Counted from the first letter of the stretch, positions 16,260 through 31,107 are shown. The stretch: 64,000 bases of DNA from Eledone cirrhosa (GCA_964016885.1 OZ024742.1:124806001-124870000), one strand, 5' to 3'. Numbers and translations are program-made. The notes: a model not told the origin generated them from the letters alone.

Positions 16260-17855
16260 TACTTTGGGAGGGTCATGTTGCCAATAAGAAGCACACGCAC
16301 CAGTTGCTTTCACTTCAATTTATTATAATAAATTTAGAAATTTAGGAATTTAGAAATTTAGGAATTTAGAAATTTCTGGTTCGTTGGTTGGTTCCACAAC
16401 CAGATAGTTGTTTATATATTGTCAAAGTTCTTTCGTCACACATTCGGTGACCTCTTCAGTGACTGGGGATTCTTTTCTTTGTGTTTGTGCCTCTCCTTTG
16501 TTCTGTCCTACGCCATTTTGATTCTGTGTGTGTGTTGTGTGCTCAATCTGCACATGCGCCACATCCAGGTGTCTGTGTGTGTTTATATTTGTTTATTTAT
16601 TTGTTTAATTAGATGTTACCGGTTCGTTGTTTGTTCTATGTGTGTGTGTGTTTTCATTTTGTCCTTAATTGTAAGTTGTGATGTTGCTGTTCCACTTATA
16701 TTTTCTATTTAATTTTGGTTGTAATTCTTTTATGTTTATTGCCTCTGTGATTTGTCTAAACATTGCGTCTTTTCTGTGTGTAGATTCTATTTTTGTTTCT
16801 ATGTTCTCTAATTTACCCTTATGTTCTATTTTAGCATGTTGGTAGAGTACAGATGATTCTTTACTATCTTGAAGGTCTCGCCAGTGTTCATTTATCCGTT
16901 CCCCTACACTACGGGCTGTCTCACCTATGTACACTATATTTTTGTCTCTACATTGTCCGTCAGTACATCTTATGCTTTACACTACATTTCTAGTTTTACA
17001 GTTAATATGGGGGCTTATTTTACAGGTTATACATTTATTATCTATACAGGGGTGTCTTTGGAAAGGGTATGTCTTGCTAATAAGTGTTTTCACGGAGGTA
17101 CCTGGTCTTTCTACTATCTTAATATTGAGTTTATGTTTATCTAGGGCCCTTCTAAATTTGTAAGCTAATTCACCTCTAGGGGTTGTATCAATGAACAGTA
17201 CACTCTGGTATTTATTGCTATCATACCATGAGTTTATTCTTTTAGCCTTATTCCTAGTTCTTTCTATTCTATTCCAAAATTTGCTCCTATACAAGGGGCA
17301 GGTCCCATTTGTGTCATTATTTACCATTTTTTCCCATTTGGTTCTGGCTCCTCTATACACTCTGATTATATCTCTCTGATTGTAACCAGAGAACTGCATA
17401 AGGTGGATGAAGTGTTGTATGTGTCTCTCTAGTTCTTCGGGGTTGCACATGCGGGACACGTTTCTCATCACCCGTACCGAATCCGCAATCAGTATGTTGA
17501 TTTCGGTATGGTCCGAAACAGTCGAGTTTGGTATGGTGGGACAGTAGACTTAAACTCAAACTTAAAGAACAATTAGAAGACCCCTTAACCCTGATAATGT
17601 ACTCCCGCTACGTTGATGATATAAACATGGTAGTTAAGACACCCCCACTAGAGAACAGTCAGGAACTAGAGAGAAACACAATGGAAAGCATCCAGCAAAT
17701 AGCTAACTCCATCCATCAGAGTATTAAAGTTACTATAGACTACCCAAGTAAACACCCCAACCATCGATTACCTGTACTAGACACAGAGCTCTGGTTAGAT
17801 ACCATTAATAACAAAAATGAAGCCAGAACCAAATGGGAAAAAATGGTAAATAATG
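16260..17855. mobile_element. Penelope-like element of a second lineage with inverted 5' segment
   Basis: Minus 16665-17471: SGY..PLYR..VLFIDTTPRGEL..VERPG..CIDNKCITC..NCKTRNVV..YIGETARSVGERINEH. Plus 17528-17855: MYSRYVDD..LPVLDTELW (RT). Confidence 0.85.
16421..16463 (-). ncRNA. Minimal hammerhead ribozyme at PLE 3' end
   Basis: gtca-CTGAAGA-g gtcac cgaatgt gtgac-GAAA-gaac-TT-tgac. Confidence 0.75.
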
Positions 17856-18167
17856 GATTTGCAGAAACCTAGCGCTGATATTGTGTGGTGCATGTGATGT
17901 ATATCGTGTGCTATACGATATGCATTATATATTCCATTCAGTCCCAGCGTTTTGTCCAGCTCAGTCTAAAATCTTTTCCAGAGTCCTGTATTTTCGTTGG
18001 TGTGGTAATGCGGCTGGACTGCCGATCGCTATATTTGATTTGCTAAGCTGTCTAAACGTATTGTTATTACTCTGGGGTACTATCCCCATCCGAGTGCTAA
18101 AGCTACATACCGAATTTGCATTCCTTAGCTTGGCCGCACACTAAGGCTTCGTTAATGCTGTACTAAA

Positions 18168-18740
<573 letters not shown>

Positions 18741-19869
18741 AGTGTCTGTGTACATATCACCTTTTCTTGAACTATATATATATATTATAAATCGTCGAGA
18801 ATCCCGACGGCTGAGCGCTTGCTGTTCCAAAATCGACTGCCAGACAGATTGCCGAAGGCATTGGTGTTTAACAGGCTATATTGTCGGGTGGGGTTGTTTG
18901 TGCACATAAGGACATACATTGTCTATCCAATCGCAAATATTCATCACGAAAGTGTTTGTTTTTTTGTAGAGGGTTTGGGTGTATCTAGTTGTGTGTATAG
19001 ATATCTGGCTAGTGAGTGTGTATATGCATGTGTGTGTCTAAATGCGTGTCCAAGTGTATCTACGTGGTCAGCTTGAGACTAATCGTGGAGAGGGGTCAGA
19101 AATATATTTATCGAGAAAATATATTAGGATGTGTGTCTGTGTGTGTATGTCTGTTTATCGCGACCTTCACTCAACAACTCTATAGAATTGGCGCCAGTAG
19201 TCCTTGCAGCAAATCGCCTTAATCATATATATATTCATAAGTTAGGAATCTCAAGCATGGGAGCAGCTGTAAAGCAGTTAGCTGCTATTAAGTATATCAA
19301 AAAGTCGGATTGAAATATAACCTCTTATGAGTGGAAGAACGGTCAGAGAAAAAGGAAGGGAGGGAGAGAATAAAAGAAAGAGCGTCTAAAGGATATGATG
19401 AGAATTAAGTGAAGGAGAGAGAGACAGAGAGAGTAGAGAGGCAGAGAGAAGAATGTGAACGATGTATTTTTCTTCTTTTTTTGAAAATTATGATAGAGAA
19501 AAAACAGTGGAGAATGTATGGAAAATGTAAACCAATGGGAAAATAGAGAACTATAGCCTCGTATGCACCCTCAGGTCATGTGTTGGAGGATAAGCCAGTG
19601 TATTATTGTTGGTAGGGCGGTGAAACTCTGTACTTCCATTTCTATTGCCTTGGTGTTTTATATTTGATATATCTTATTGCAAGCATTATATTATCCGTGA
19701 TGCACGTCCACCTCTTACATATTTTATTTTTGTTTTCCATTCTACCTTTTCTCCTTCTTTTCTATCCCTTGCCCATTTCTACCGCCACCCACATTATTTC
19801 ATTTTCCTAACTTCTATCTTCTATCGACACACCTACCATTTTCTATCACCTCCTCCTCTTTTCTCTTAG

Positions 19870-21205
19870 ACTCAGACGCAGAAGCTCCCGCGTCTTGAGA
19901 CGCATGAGGCAATCATAGTCTTCCATCGCGTTCGGTCAGCAGCCAGTTGCACAGCGTCCCGCCACTGTCTGTTTGTCGTTCGCAGATCCCTCTCAACTGT
20001 CTGGCGCCAGTTCATATTGGGTCGCCCTCTCCGTCTGCTTCCCTGCGGGCTCCATTTAACTACTTGGTTCGCCAGTCTCTCCGGGGGAAGTCTCAAAGCG
20101 TGTCCAAACCAGCCCAGGCGTCGCTTGCAGATGGTAGAAGAGACTAGCTGCTTTTGGTGCGGTTCCTGACTTCCTGGTTTGTTACATGGTCACTCCATTT
20201 AATCCCCAGGATCTTTCGCAGACATCTGGAATCGAATGCGTCCAACTTCTTCTCTTGGCTGGTCTTAAGGTGCTATGTTTCACTTCCGTACAAGCTTGTG
20301 GACAGCACGTTGCTGTTGTAGAATCTTCTCTTTGTTTTGAGGGTGAGCTTCCTGCTCTTCCAGATCTTATCAAGCTGGTTAAATGCTGCTGAAGCCTTTA
20401 CCATTCTATATTGCAGTCCACTGTCCATGGTGCCCTCATTGTTAATGGAGTTTCCTAGGTAGGTGAAGTTTTCTACTATCTCCACCTCCCCCCTGTTCAA
20501 TGAAGACACTAGTTAGTGGTGGGTGTGTCCCAGATAACATGCTTTTGGTCTTCTTGGCACTGATATTGAGACCTAAGCTTCCTGCTTTGACATTGATATT
20601 GTTCACAATGATTGGCAGGTCAGCTGTGCCTTCTGCAAGTGCAGCAATATCGTCCGCAAAGTCCAGGTCAGACAACTTTTGCTCTCCCACCCAAGATATA
20701 CTCTGGATTTAGACGCTCTTCTTAGTACCCAGTCAATGGCTATGGCAAAGAGAATTGGGGAGAGCAAGCAACCTTGACGCACGCCAGTAACCACCTCAAA
20801 CCAGTCACTGTAACCATCCTCTGTCCGTATGCAGCACTTGGGGTTTGCGTAAATCTGTTTGATTGCCGAAATGTCTGTCTGCGGCAGACCATACTCATGC
20901 ATGATGCTCCAGAGCGACGGTCGATGAATGCTATCGAATGCTTGGGAGAAATCGATGAAGCTGATGGCGAGGGGCCTCTGTAATTCGACGTACCTCTCAA
21001 TGATGCGGCGTAGCGTAAAGATCTGCTCTGCACAGGAACGTTTTGGTCGGAACTCTGCCTGTTGTTCTCGCAGTTCCCTGTCTACCATACCACGCATGCG
21101 GTTCAGGATCAGTAGACAATAGACCTTCCCTGGTATGGAGAGAAGTCTCACTCCCTCAAATTGTCACAATCGGCAAGGTTGCCCTTCTTGGGGATACAGA
21201 CAACC
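19870..21205 (-). mobile_element. 5'-truncated RTE-clade LINE (RT domain and 3' end), frameshifted
   Basis: PKKGNLADCDN, LLSIPGKVY, QAEFRPKRSC, FIDFSQAFDSI, GVRQGCLLSPILF, DLDFADDIA, FTYLG, RRRGRP..W; ends in short GTCTGA/GTCTAA repeats. Confidence 0.92.
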
Positions 21206-21473
21206 GCTCTTAGCCCAGCGTAATATTCCTTAGCCACATTTTACCATTAACATGTTTGAACATACGCTACACTCAGTGGCTGATAGAACCGACCAATCGC
21301 AGCAAGTGACCCAATTTCATACAGTCCCCCAAACTGTTTCTTACATGAATTCGAGAAAAGTTATTTATACCCGAGTACACCTTTGAAAAGGGTTGCTGAA
21401 TATAATCAAAAACAAGTAGGCATCGCTTATTGAGTGCTCTTCTGACCTCAGGTCTCCTTGGTCTCAGCAAAGC

Positions 21474-21573
<100 letters not shown>

Positions 21574-21584
21574 ATATATAGTAT

Positions 21585-23910
21585 TAAGGGCTTTCTTCTC
21601 ACTACTAGATAAAAACTTCCCATCTGGCCATAAGTACCATAGCCTTTTAAACAAAAACACTATTAAAATCTCCTACTCTACTACGCCTAACATAGCATAC
21701 CACATAGCTAGTAGCAATAAACGAAAAATTAATTCTTACTTCCAGCAAACTAAATCACAACAGAAGATAAACCTTCAAAATAACATTATAGCAACTAACA
21801 CTAATATCAATAGAAATAATAGTAATAACACTAGTGTAAACAATAACGCTGGGAACGTCAACCCACATAACCATAACCCTATAGCTAACATCCAGACTTC
21901 TACACAACATAATAACCGGCAGACTAGCACCCAGAATAATTGTAACTGTAGATCAAATAGAACCTACCCTTTAGATAAAAAATGCTTAACCAAGGATATC
22001 ATATACTCATGCACAGTCACAACTAGCAACTCTTCTGAAACCTATATAGGCTCTACTTCAAACTGCTTCAAAACCAGATACAATTCGCACCTCCACTCTT
22101 TCAAAAAAACACAGCTCTATCTAGCTACATACACTATCTAAAAACTAAAAATAAACCATATACACTTAAATGGAAAGTGATAGGTAACGCGTCATCGTAC
22201 AAACCACCTAATAAATTGTGTAACCTCTGTCTACTAGAGACCCATACTATCATCTTCTCAAACCATAACCTCCTTAATAAAAAATCAGAAGTGTTCGCGT
22301 CTTGCCAACACCGTTTCCGACACTCCTTCCAGAACTTTAAACAACCCAATATATAACAATGTCAGACTTGAACCCGTCACCACCTCGGGCAGCAATCATC
22401 AGGGGCACACCTTACACCTCATCTCCACACCCATTAATCCTCTTTAACGCAAATAGTGACATCCTCATAGTACCTTTTACCTTGGAGATATCCCCATGTA
22501 CTTCTACTTTTGGTATATTGGCCTTCAATTTCTTAGACTACATTACAACAATGTAAACTTTAAGCATGGAATTTGTTGTGCTAACATTGTCCTGCGTATG
22601 TAGTGCCATCATTGGATAAATGGAAGATTAAGTAATTAATTTATTAACATAAAAGAGATATATAATCTATATGCTGAGTGCAGTGAATTATGTACAGGTG
22701 ATGAATGAGTTATAAATACATGTATGACTACATGGTCAGATCAGTGTCTTTGTAAGTGAGAATTGATCTCTGGACTACCCTAGTGATATTTAACTTTGCC
22801 ATGCAATCAGTCATGCAATGACCCAGAACTTACCAGGAGTCATATATGGAAGTTATTCTAATAAGATCCTGCCAGGTCCTGCGGGTGGACTACACTTACA
22901 AAGATCATTGATTTGGAGATCTGACTCTTCATGTGGAATGTTCGGTGGGGGCACTCTATGATAAAGGGTAATTATCCTAATATGAACACCTTTAGTACTT
23001 CTCGATAGACTACACTGTAATTTATAGATAAGATACTTAAATTTAGAAATTGTTTATAACCTTATATGATGGGAACTCATTTGAGACACCATTAATGTAC
23101 TTTAGGATGATAAATTTAACTATAGAAATCAGCTAGTTACCTCCCCTTACGCATTAACTCCCCTTAATCACACACACATTTCCGGAATATAATACGATGT
23201 CATCTCTCACAACAAAAACAACCTGATCTATGAATCGAATTAAATAACGACAAGCTGTGATGTTCTAGAATGGTTCACCAGGCACCCAATGTTGAATCAT
23301 CGTGGATTGTGAGATGGGCATGTAGTCTATAAATTGCGTTTCCTGGATCGTGAGAGTGGTGGTGTATACGAGGACAGTGGTGCTGTTTTGCTTCTCATTT
23401 GTAATATTTGATATTTTTGGTGTTTCTCCACACACGGGCTTCTATATCGTACAGGTGTGTGTAAATAATGCTTAACCAGTTCACCCCCATGATGCTCTTG
23501 ATTGCCTGCTTTGACTGCTTGTTTTACTTGTAACAATCTGCCGCACTATAATCTTGCATAAATAGGACACACGTGCATGCCACACGTGTGACTGTTGCAT
23601 ACACTGGCTACTCCAAACTTTCCTTTTGCTTTATCTTAGTAGACTGCCAATGTTTTATTTTAATTTTAATTTTGTCCTTTAATATGACTGTAATCTTTGT
23701 ATGTAAATTACCATACTATATTATTATAATGGATGTCAACCCACTGTGGGTCAATATATACATATGTTTCTATATGTCTCTTGTGTTGAAAAGGAGGTCA
23801 AGTATGTTAAACATCACTGAATAATTGCTCCGAAGTCTCCAAACTTCGGTTTGGAAGAAACAATTGTAAGCAGATAAATGATTTAAACAGAACTTTGTTT
23901 CATGTAATCT
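21585..23910 (+). mobile_element. 5'-truncated PLE copy of the family at 34430-38432
   Basis: Starts after (TA)n at the sequence matching 36071; IKISYSTTPN, CNCRSNRT, ETYIGSTSNCFKTRYNSH, CNLC; collinear 1.5-kb 3' region ending in an HHR. Confidence 0.92.
23826..23872 (+). ncRNA. Hammerhead motif, CCGAAG(T) core, UUCG-capped stem II
   Basis: tgct-CCGAAGT-ctccaaac TTCG gtttggaa-GAAA-caattg-TA-agca; A9 mutated. Confidence 0.6.
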
Positions 23911-23986
23911 CTCTCTCTATATATATATATAAGCAAAAAGCAAAAATATATGGTGCAGAAAGCAAGTCAATTAAAAACAAAAAGTA

Positions 23987-24085
23987 TTTCTTACACGGTG
24001 TTTCGACTTTAAGTACATTTACAATACAGCAGGTAAATGTATACATTGCACCGTAGGGAAGAACTTGTAACACTCATCAGAGAAA
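23987..24085 (-). ncRNA. Hammerhead ribozyme with long stem II
   Basis: tttct-CTGATGA-g..tacatttac..gtaaatgta..c-GAAA-caccgtg-TA-agaaa; stem III ACAC/GTGT. Confidence 0.65.
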
Positions 24086-25112
24086 GAATTTTTAGAGAAA
24101 TCACAGAAGGGATAGTGCAAATCTGTACAAATGCAAACCACTGGTTACACACCTTTTTCTTTTCTTTTTTTAATATATAAATTATAGATATAACAAGAAA
24201 TTGAAGGTATTGTTAATATTTCCTTCATTTTTAAAGGATAAACGGTTCGTGAATGCGTTGCCAATGCTTTGCAGTTGTTCGGACTTGGACTATCCCTTCG
24301 GTGACAACTTTAAGGGATTATATATATATATATATATATATAATAAATCAAGAATGAAGACTGACATGGTTTGCTATACAATAAGGGCTTTATTCACATT
24401 GCTGACAATTGTTTCTCTGAACTAGTAGGTCTAGAGATTGCTACCCGCCTGTTTTTGCGTGAATCGAGAATGTATTTTCTCGCATGCTCTGATGAATAGA
24501 CTGGTTATAACAAAGTATTGGTGATCTATGTAAATTACATAGAAATCACCGCGTACTCGCAGCATCACTATGGAAACGTCTTGTTGAGTCAAACTTATCC
24601 AAGCGTTAGTACTATCCACTACTCGAAGTACCATAACTGGACTACATCTAAGTGGACAACCTATAACAATAATTTGTTATCCCGTATATATATATATATG
24701 AAATCAGGGAGAAAAAGACGATTATTAGGAAGAAAATATTTTGTTTTCCCTTTTAATTTCTTTCTCTCTTTTTTCTGGGTTAGAAAATGATTAAAAAGAA
24801 ATATTTTATTTTGTGTGAAGTTTTAAGGTATTAGTTGATTGATTTATTAATTAACAATGGCATTTATTTATTTATTTATATATTTAATAGTTGTCTATTA
24901 CCGGTTTCATCATTTTTATGCATTATCAAATGATAGTGATATGTATTGGTGTAGAATGGTGGTGTTGGACATGTAAAGAAATGGTGCAGAAAGAATAATG
25001 TTATTTACAAACAAGGTTTATGAAGTGAAAAGAAAAAAGAAAAAGAAACAAAGTGACGTAATGTGGAGCATAAAAAGTCAATGTGAAAGAAAAAATAATG
25101 TTATTTACAGGC

Positions 25113-25148
<36 letters not shown>

Positions 25149-25676
25149 ATTTATATATACACATATATGTATATTAGTGTGTGTGTGTTTATATCATTTT
25201 GCATACAAGGTTTAATATATTTACCCTGTCATTCAATCTCATACGCATACTCACGCACACACACACAAACAATCACACACAGACACATACATTAGTGTAA
25301 TACGTGTTTGAATCATTATATATATATATATATATATATATTCCCTATAAACTGACGCGTACACACCCGTCACTTTTAAACGTCATATTGAAAACATAGC
25401 TCTGTTAGTAATTAATCTTACTTATTACTTTTCAGATTTCCATTCCAGTTCTTTATTTTTTGTTAAGAACCTTCATAAAACCATCATCCATGCCTTATCA
25501 TGTGAATACAAAACTGATAGTGAGTCGTTGTTGTGACATTTTCTAGCAGTCTTAAAGGGATCACTGCAGTGGTGATAACTTCGTTATAGCCGGATTAAAA
25601 AACCTACTTGCTAAGCCGTAAAGAATTATTTCATTGTTATTTGACATCTGTTGTATATTTACGTTTTTTTTTCTGG

Positions 25677-25750
<74 letters not shown>

Positions 25751-25821
25751 ATTGATAACTCTTTTGAAATTCTATATACAAGTTTATATATATTTATATA
25801 TATACATATATATATATATAC

Positions 25822-25880
<59 letters not shown>

Positions 25881-25907
25881 GGTGCGTGTATGTGTGTGTG
25901 TGTGTGC

Positions 25908-25985
<78 letters not shown>

Positions 25986-26327
25986 GCGTGTGTCTGTGTG
26001 TGTCTTTGAAAAGGGAGTAGTTTCTATATAAAACACTGGTTATTGAGAGAAAGTGGAATTGGAAATAGCACGGAAAATATATTTAAAGGATCTTCTTTTC
26101 GTTTTTCTTCTTTGATCCGCAAGGTGATATTATTGCAAAAAGGAGAGGAACAATTCTTTTGAAATAAAGAAGTTTTATAATGTATATGAAATATATGAAA
26201 TATAACCGGTTTCGATGTACCAGTATAATTCATCTTACCAAATGTTGAATATTACAATTAAAAAGAATTATAAATTTAAAATTTTGAATGTTGGGGCATG
26301 CAAAATTAATTGCGTTTATTTACTTCT

Positions 26328-26580
26328 AAGAGCCACACCATCAATGGAAAGTAATATGCCAAATTGCTGATGCACTTACGAAAAGCTATCAAGACCAAAA
26401 ACCCAGGAATACACACCAAATGGATCTTTTTTCTCCAGAATAATCCTCCAGCACTCACGTCCAAGGTTTTGAACAGGTTGAAGTGTGGGGACCGCAATGG
26501 TGACTATATTCAAAAATAAACCTCATTTTGTCACATTCCATGAGGGTAGTTTGGTCTGACTATTAATATTAGAGCTGACT
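26328..26580 (+). mobile_element. Internally deleted mariner transposase remnant
   Basis: KSHTINGK*YAKLLMHLRKAIKTKNPG..FLQNNPPA (mariner TIN..YY..HQDNAPAH region) joined to RLKCGDRNGDYIQNK (RW.KC...GDY C-terminus). Confidence 0.75.
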
Positions 26581-27385
26581 CTCGTTTATGTAGTCCAATA
26601 TTCTGAAAAGTACAAGAGATTTATAAACACATTTCTTGGTGTTCAGTTTTATGCCCCTCCCATTCCATAGGTGATGGCGAGCTAGAAAAATGAACCTGTA
26701 ACACTCTATGTGTGATTAATTATCCCGTCATCAAGAGATGCATTTGAGTTCACTTTCCGTCCAAAATATGTGAAAGATTTCCCATTCTTGAGATTCTTGC
26801 CATTGACATATATATTGATATCTAGGAACTGGTGAACTGGTGGTTTCAATTTGACATCGTGTATTTGTTAGAGATAAAGCATATATTTGGCGGATTACAT
26901 GTTTACTTTAATGTGATGTTATGTTCGACACAACATCTACCATAAACTCATAATTTTAATACACAAACATTTTTGCCTGCATGATATGCTTGTATACCTA
27001 TGTTATTTTATGTGATACCTTTACCATGCAGTAATTATATATGCCTAGTATCATTGCTTGTTTCTTTCCTGTATATGCCTAACGCATTTGCACTCTCTAT
27101 ACGCTTGCATATGTACTGCTAGTGTCCTCGATTTACGAGTAACTTTCTACCTTAATGCTTCTTTAATTATTATACTATTCCCTTTTAATCTTTGTCACAT
27201 GCATTCCACTCTGTGCCTTTTTAACTTTTAATTTTTAATTTTAATGATTGTACAATTATCTTGTAATCTATGTCACATCCATTCCACTCTGTAAATACGA
27301 AACTGTTGTTGACAACATTAATATCCATGTATCTATATGACTGTTCAGTTGATAGGAGGTTAATTATATGTACAAACATTGCTAG

Positions 27386-27432
27386 TGCTCCGATGATTCC
27401 AAACGAAAGTTTGGAAGAAACGATTGTCAGCA
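27386..27432 (+). ncRNA. Minimal hammerhead ribozyme with CCGAUGA core
   Basis: tgct-CCGATGA-ttccaaac GAAA gtttggaa-GAAA-cgattg-TC-agca; tail homologous to 23873-23905 and 38395-38425. Confidence 0.8.
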
Positions 27433-27819
27433 ATAAAATGATTTGAACATAGCTTTGATTATTGTGTAATTTATATATATATATATATATATAGATATAT
27501 ATATATACATGCATATAGAATTGAATACATACACATATACATATATATGCATGTACAAATGAGTACATACACATATACATGCATATATCTAAAGACAATA
27601 TGTAGCAATCAATATGTAAGCAATATTGGATGACCGATGCCTTTCTTGAGTTCTTCCGCCCTTCGATGGGTGTTGTTTTTTATCCAATGGGTTTTTTATC
27701 CCACATGTCCAAAATCAAACCGCTCATGAAGCAGGATTGATGGGGCTGACAATTTAGTTGCTGACGATTCGACATTCCAACAGGTTGTACTCTGCTAGAC
27801 GTTAGCAGTAGCGCTCGAG

Positions 27820-27852
<33 letters not shown>

Positions 27853-28576
27853 CGTGCGTGCGTGTGTGTGTGTGTAATTCTCCCGCATCTGTGTTTCTAT
27901 TACGGTGATCGTTTTCTTGACAAGAAGAATATAAAACAAAAATAAAGAAAGAACTGAATACTTTGAGACGTAACGTTTTATATATTAGTATTTGCTTCAG
28001 AAGATTTACATTCTTTTAATTATCGGATCATATTGTAAACTGATTTATCAAATATTTTAGAAATAAGAAACAAAAGACAGCCGAAGAACAAGGAGCTTAG
28101 ATATTGAGGAAAAATCGATAACATAATAGTAGCAACAATGATTTACATTTTGATAAAGTGTTTTGACGTAAAATGAAAGAATAGATATACATTTTTAAAC
28201 AAATTACGGTTTAAGGATATATTTGGGACAGCCCTCCACCCTTACCGAGTTTTCTATAGAGCTCAAGAGCGTTTTATTAGGAAAATATATCTTTCATATT
28301 CTTACCCCTTGATAACAACAATATTTTTTTACTCCATTTTTCAATGTTTTTCGTTATTTTCAAACAATAACTTCTTGTTTTCTTGTGGGTAAAAGTTACT
28401 AATCTTTTTAATTAGTCAATTTATTCTAAACAACCGGTTTTCCCTGTTTATGATAAGATACAAATAAGTGTTACTGTTGGTTTTACATTATCCTCCATCC
28501 ACCCCAATCACCCGCATTATTGTATCTTTTAATGTGCTTATCAATATACTACTTCTAATTGTTTGGTTATAATATT

Positions 28577-28762
28577 GCTGGATTGGCAGTATCGGTAGCG
28601 GGTCGTACGACATGCTTTGCAGCAAAGAGTTATGGCGCTTTATGATCTGAGTTCAAATCCCGCCGAGGTTAATTTTGGCTTTCATCCTTACGGGGTCGAT
28701 AAAATAAAGTTCCAGTAATGTACTGGGTAATTGCTAGCCTTGTGCCAAAAGGAGAAACAATT
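28577..28762 (+). mobile_element. tRNA-derived SINE
   Basis: TGGCAGTATCGG, GAGTTCAAATCC, CTTTCATCCTTACGGGGTCGATAAAATAAAG, ends GTGCCAAAAGGAGAAACAAT. Confidence 0.85.
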
Positions 28763-29051
28763 ATATTTTGTTTCCTTATTCTACATGTAACATTACAAGT
28801 AAGCTGAATAATATAATTCAAAAGGTTGAAAAATTTAACCTAGATGTGTGTGCCCTATTATTCTTAAAACCTTCATACTTTCATTTAGTCTCTTTTCTCA
28901 TCGCTTATTTCATTCATTTCTATTTTGATCTGCAATGTCCATCATTGGTAGTTGTCCTTGAAACTGGCATGGTTCCAAAACAGAAACAAATTGATCACGA
29001 GGGAAATAATATTAGTCCAATAGCACCTTCTCTCTCTCTATATATATATAT

Positions 29052-29558
29052 AGGTGAATATTTAAATCGTTTTTTAATTTATTTAAAAGATTGTTTGATA
29101 ATAGCTTGCTCCGGTCATTTTTATAGTTCTGGTATCTCAAATTAGTACCATTGAACCACAACTATTATAAACACCATGCATATTTCTATAGGTACCTAGT
29201 GCCTGTTGGAATATCCATACACTTTTTTTATTTTTCTCCTTATGTAGAGAATAAAACGTTGTATCGCGCTGCTATTTTTAGTGGCATGATCAACAAGTTT
29301 ATAATAACTAGCTTTTACTTGTGGCCTAATTTTGCGTGTGTCACTTTAACGGCTTGACCGCATGCGTCGGCCAGGAAGCGAAACATTGACTTACTATGAG
29401 ATTTGCACCCTTATGGTATGGAAATAAGCTGTCTGAAGATCTAGTTATTTCCATTGGAAATTCTCTGGATTTCCAATCTTTGGATTAGTGAAACCGTGGG
29501 TAACAGCAATAGAACAGGTGAATATTTAAATCGTTTTTTTAATTTATTTAAAAGATTG

Positions 29559-29559
<1 letters not shown>
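29052..29559 (+). mobile_element. ORF-less ~0.5-kb element with 43-bp terminal direct repeats and an HHR
   Basis: AGGTGAATATTTAAATCG..AAAAGATTGT at 29052-29094 and 29516-29559; lies between (TA)n and (TG)n. Confidence 0.7.
29428..29507 (+). ncRNA. Hammerhead ribozyme, extended stem II
   Basis: gctgt-CTGAAGA-tctagtt..attggaaatt/gatttccaat..gattagt-GAAA-ccgtggg-TA-acagc. Confidence 0.75.
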
Positions 29560-29618
<59 letters not shown>

Positions 29619-29654
29619 TGTGTGCGTGTATGTGTGTGTATTAGTGTGTGTGTG

Positions 29655-29738
<84 letters not shown>

Positions 29739-30486
29739 TAGAGAAAGTTAACCAAAAATATATATGAAATTAACATTTATTTTCGACGTATGTTTCGATA
29801 GGCGAAAATAAAAATATAATTAATTCACAATCAACGTTTAAAATAATTCGCTGATGGTGTTTGTTTTCTATCGCTTCGCCAATGGCGAAATTGGTGAATC
29901 TGTATTTTTTTTTTGTTTTGTTTTTTGCTTTTTTGTTTGTTTTTGGTAGGGGCTGACACTGAATGGGTAAATTTACATTTTATATTTTATACTTTGAATA
30001 TATTTAATATAACCTACTCCATTATGAGGAATTTTTTTGCCTTTTTAGTAAATATGCTTCCACTGATTTTTTTCTTTTTTACGGGGACTCTCGAGGGTAT
30101 TTTTAACAATATAAACTGACACAGCAATGTTAACAATCTTTATTGTTCCTGAAGAGATTATGCAGAAACCTTGATGTCTTATCAGTGTTTTACATCGATA
30201 ATGCGATTATATGTAATTATAAATTTTAGTGATAATTGTGAATTAATTGTACTTTTATCTGCACCATTGAAAAAATGTGTCGAAAATATATGTAGCTAAT
30301 TTAATATTTATCTTTGATTAATTTCTCTAACCTTATATTATTCGCTGTAATACTTTTAAATTCAATTATCCCGACCTTGCACAACGTCTCAAAAAGTTGG
30401 AGTATTTTGACTTGTATGTTTGCTGATATTATAATACATTGAGCTTATACATATCTTGATATAGATGACTAATCTAATATACATGT

Positions 30487-30570
<84 letters not shown>

Positions 30571-31072
30571 TATATATATACATGTGTGTGTGTGTGTGTG
30601 TGTATGTGTGTGTGTGTTTCTGTGTGTGTATGTGTTTGTACTTGTGCATATGCTTGTTGAACAAGGAAAACAAAAATTGAAGATTTGTGTTTATTCAGTT
30701 CATTGATTTACGTTCGTTTCAGAAGGTAGATTGGTCATTATAAATCGATATAGTGACAGATTGGTAGTACTCATGTAGCCTCATATTGTTAATTCTGATG
30801 CTCTAGACCCATTTCCCCGCCTTTCTCGGAAACGATTGTTTTTATTGTTCAACACATATATACATGACACTGCAAATCATTTAGGATGTACAACGGAATA
30901 CGATATTAAGAAACCCTACAAAAAAAAGCTCTCATCATTTGATCTAGTTAGAAGTATTAGTTCAAGAAGACCACATAGATTTCTAATACCATTATAGGCG
31001 CTAAAAAACAGACAGCAGTAGAAACACACACATACACACACACGTAACCCCCCCCCCCCCCCGCCTCCCGCC

Positions 31073-31107
<35 letters not shown>

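Noticed and set aside
16330-16376. AATTTAGA/AATTTAGG repeats as telomeric sequence
   Set aside because: Only about six units, not TTAGGG; a simple local tandem repeat.
24395-24500. GAAACAATTGTC half motif (-) and CTGATGA (+)
   Set aside because: The halves are on opposite strands; no complete ribozyme could be drawn (likewise only a half motif at ~18343-18354).
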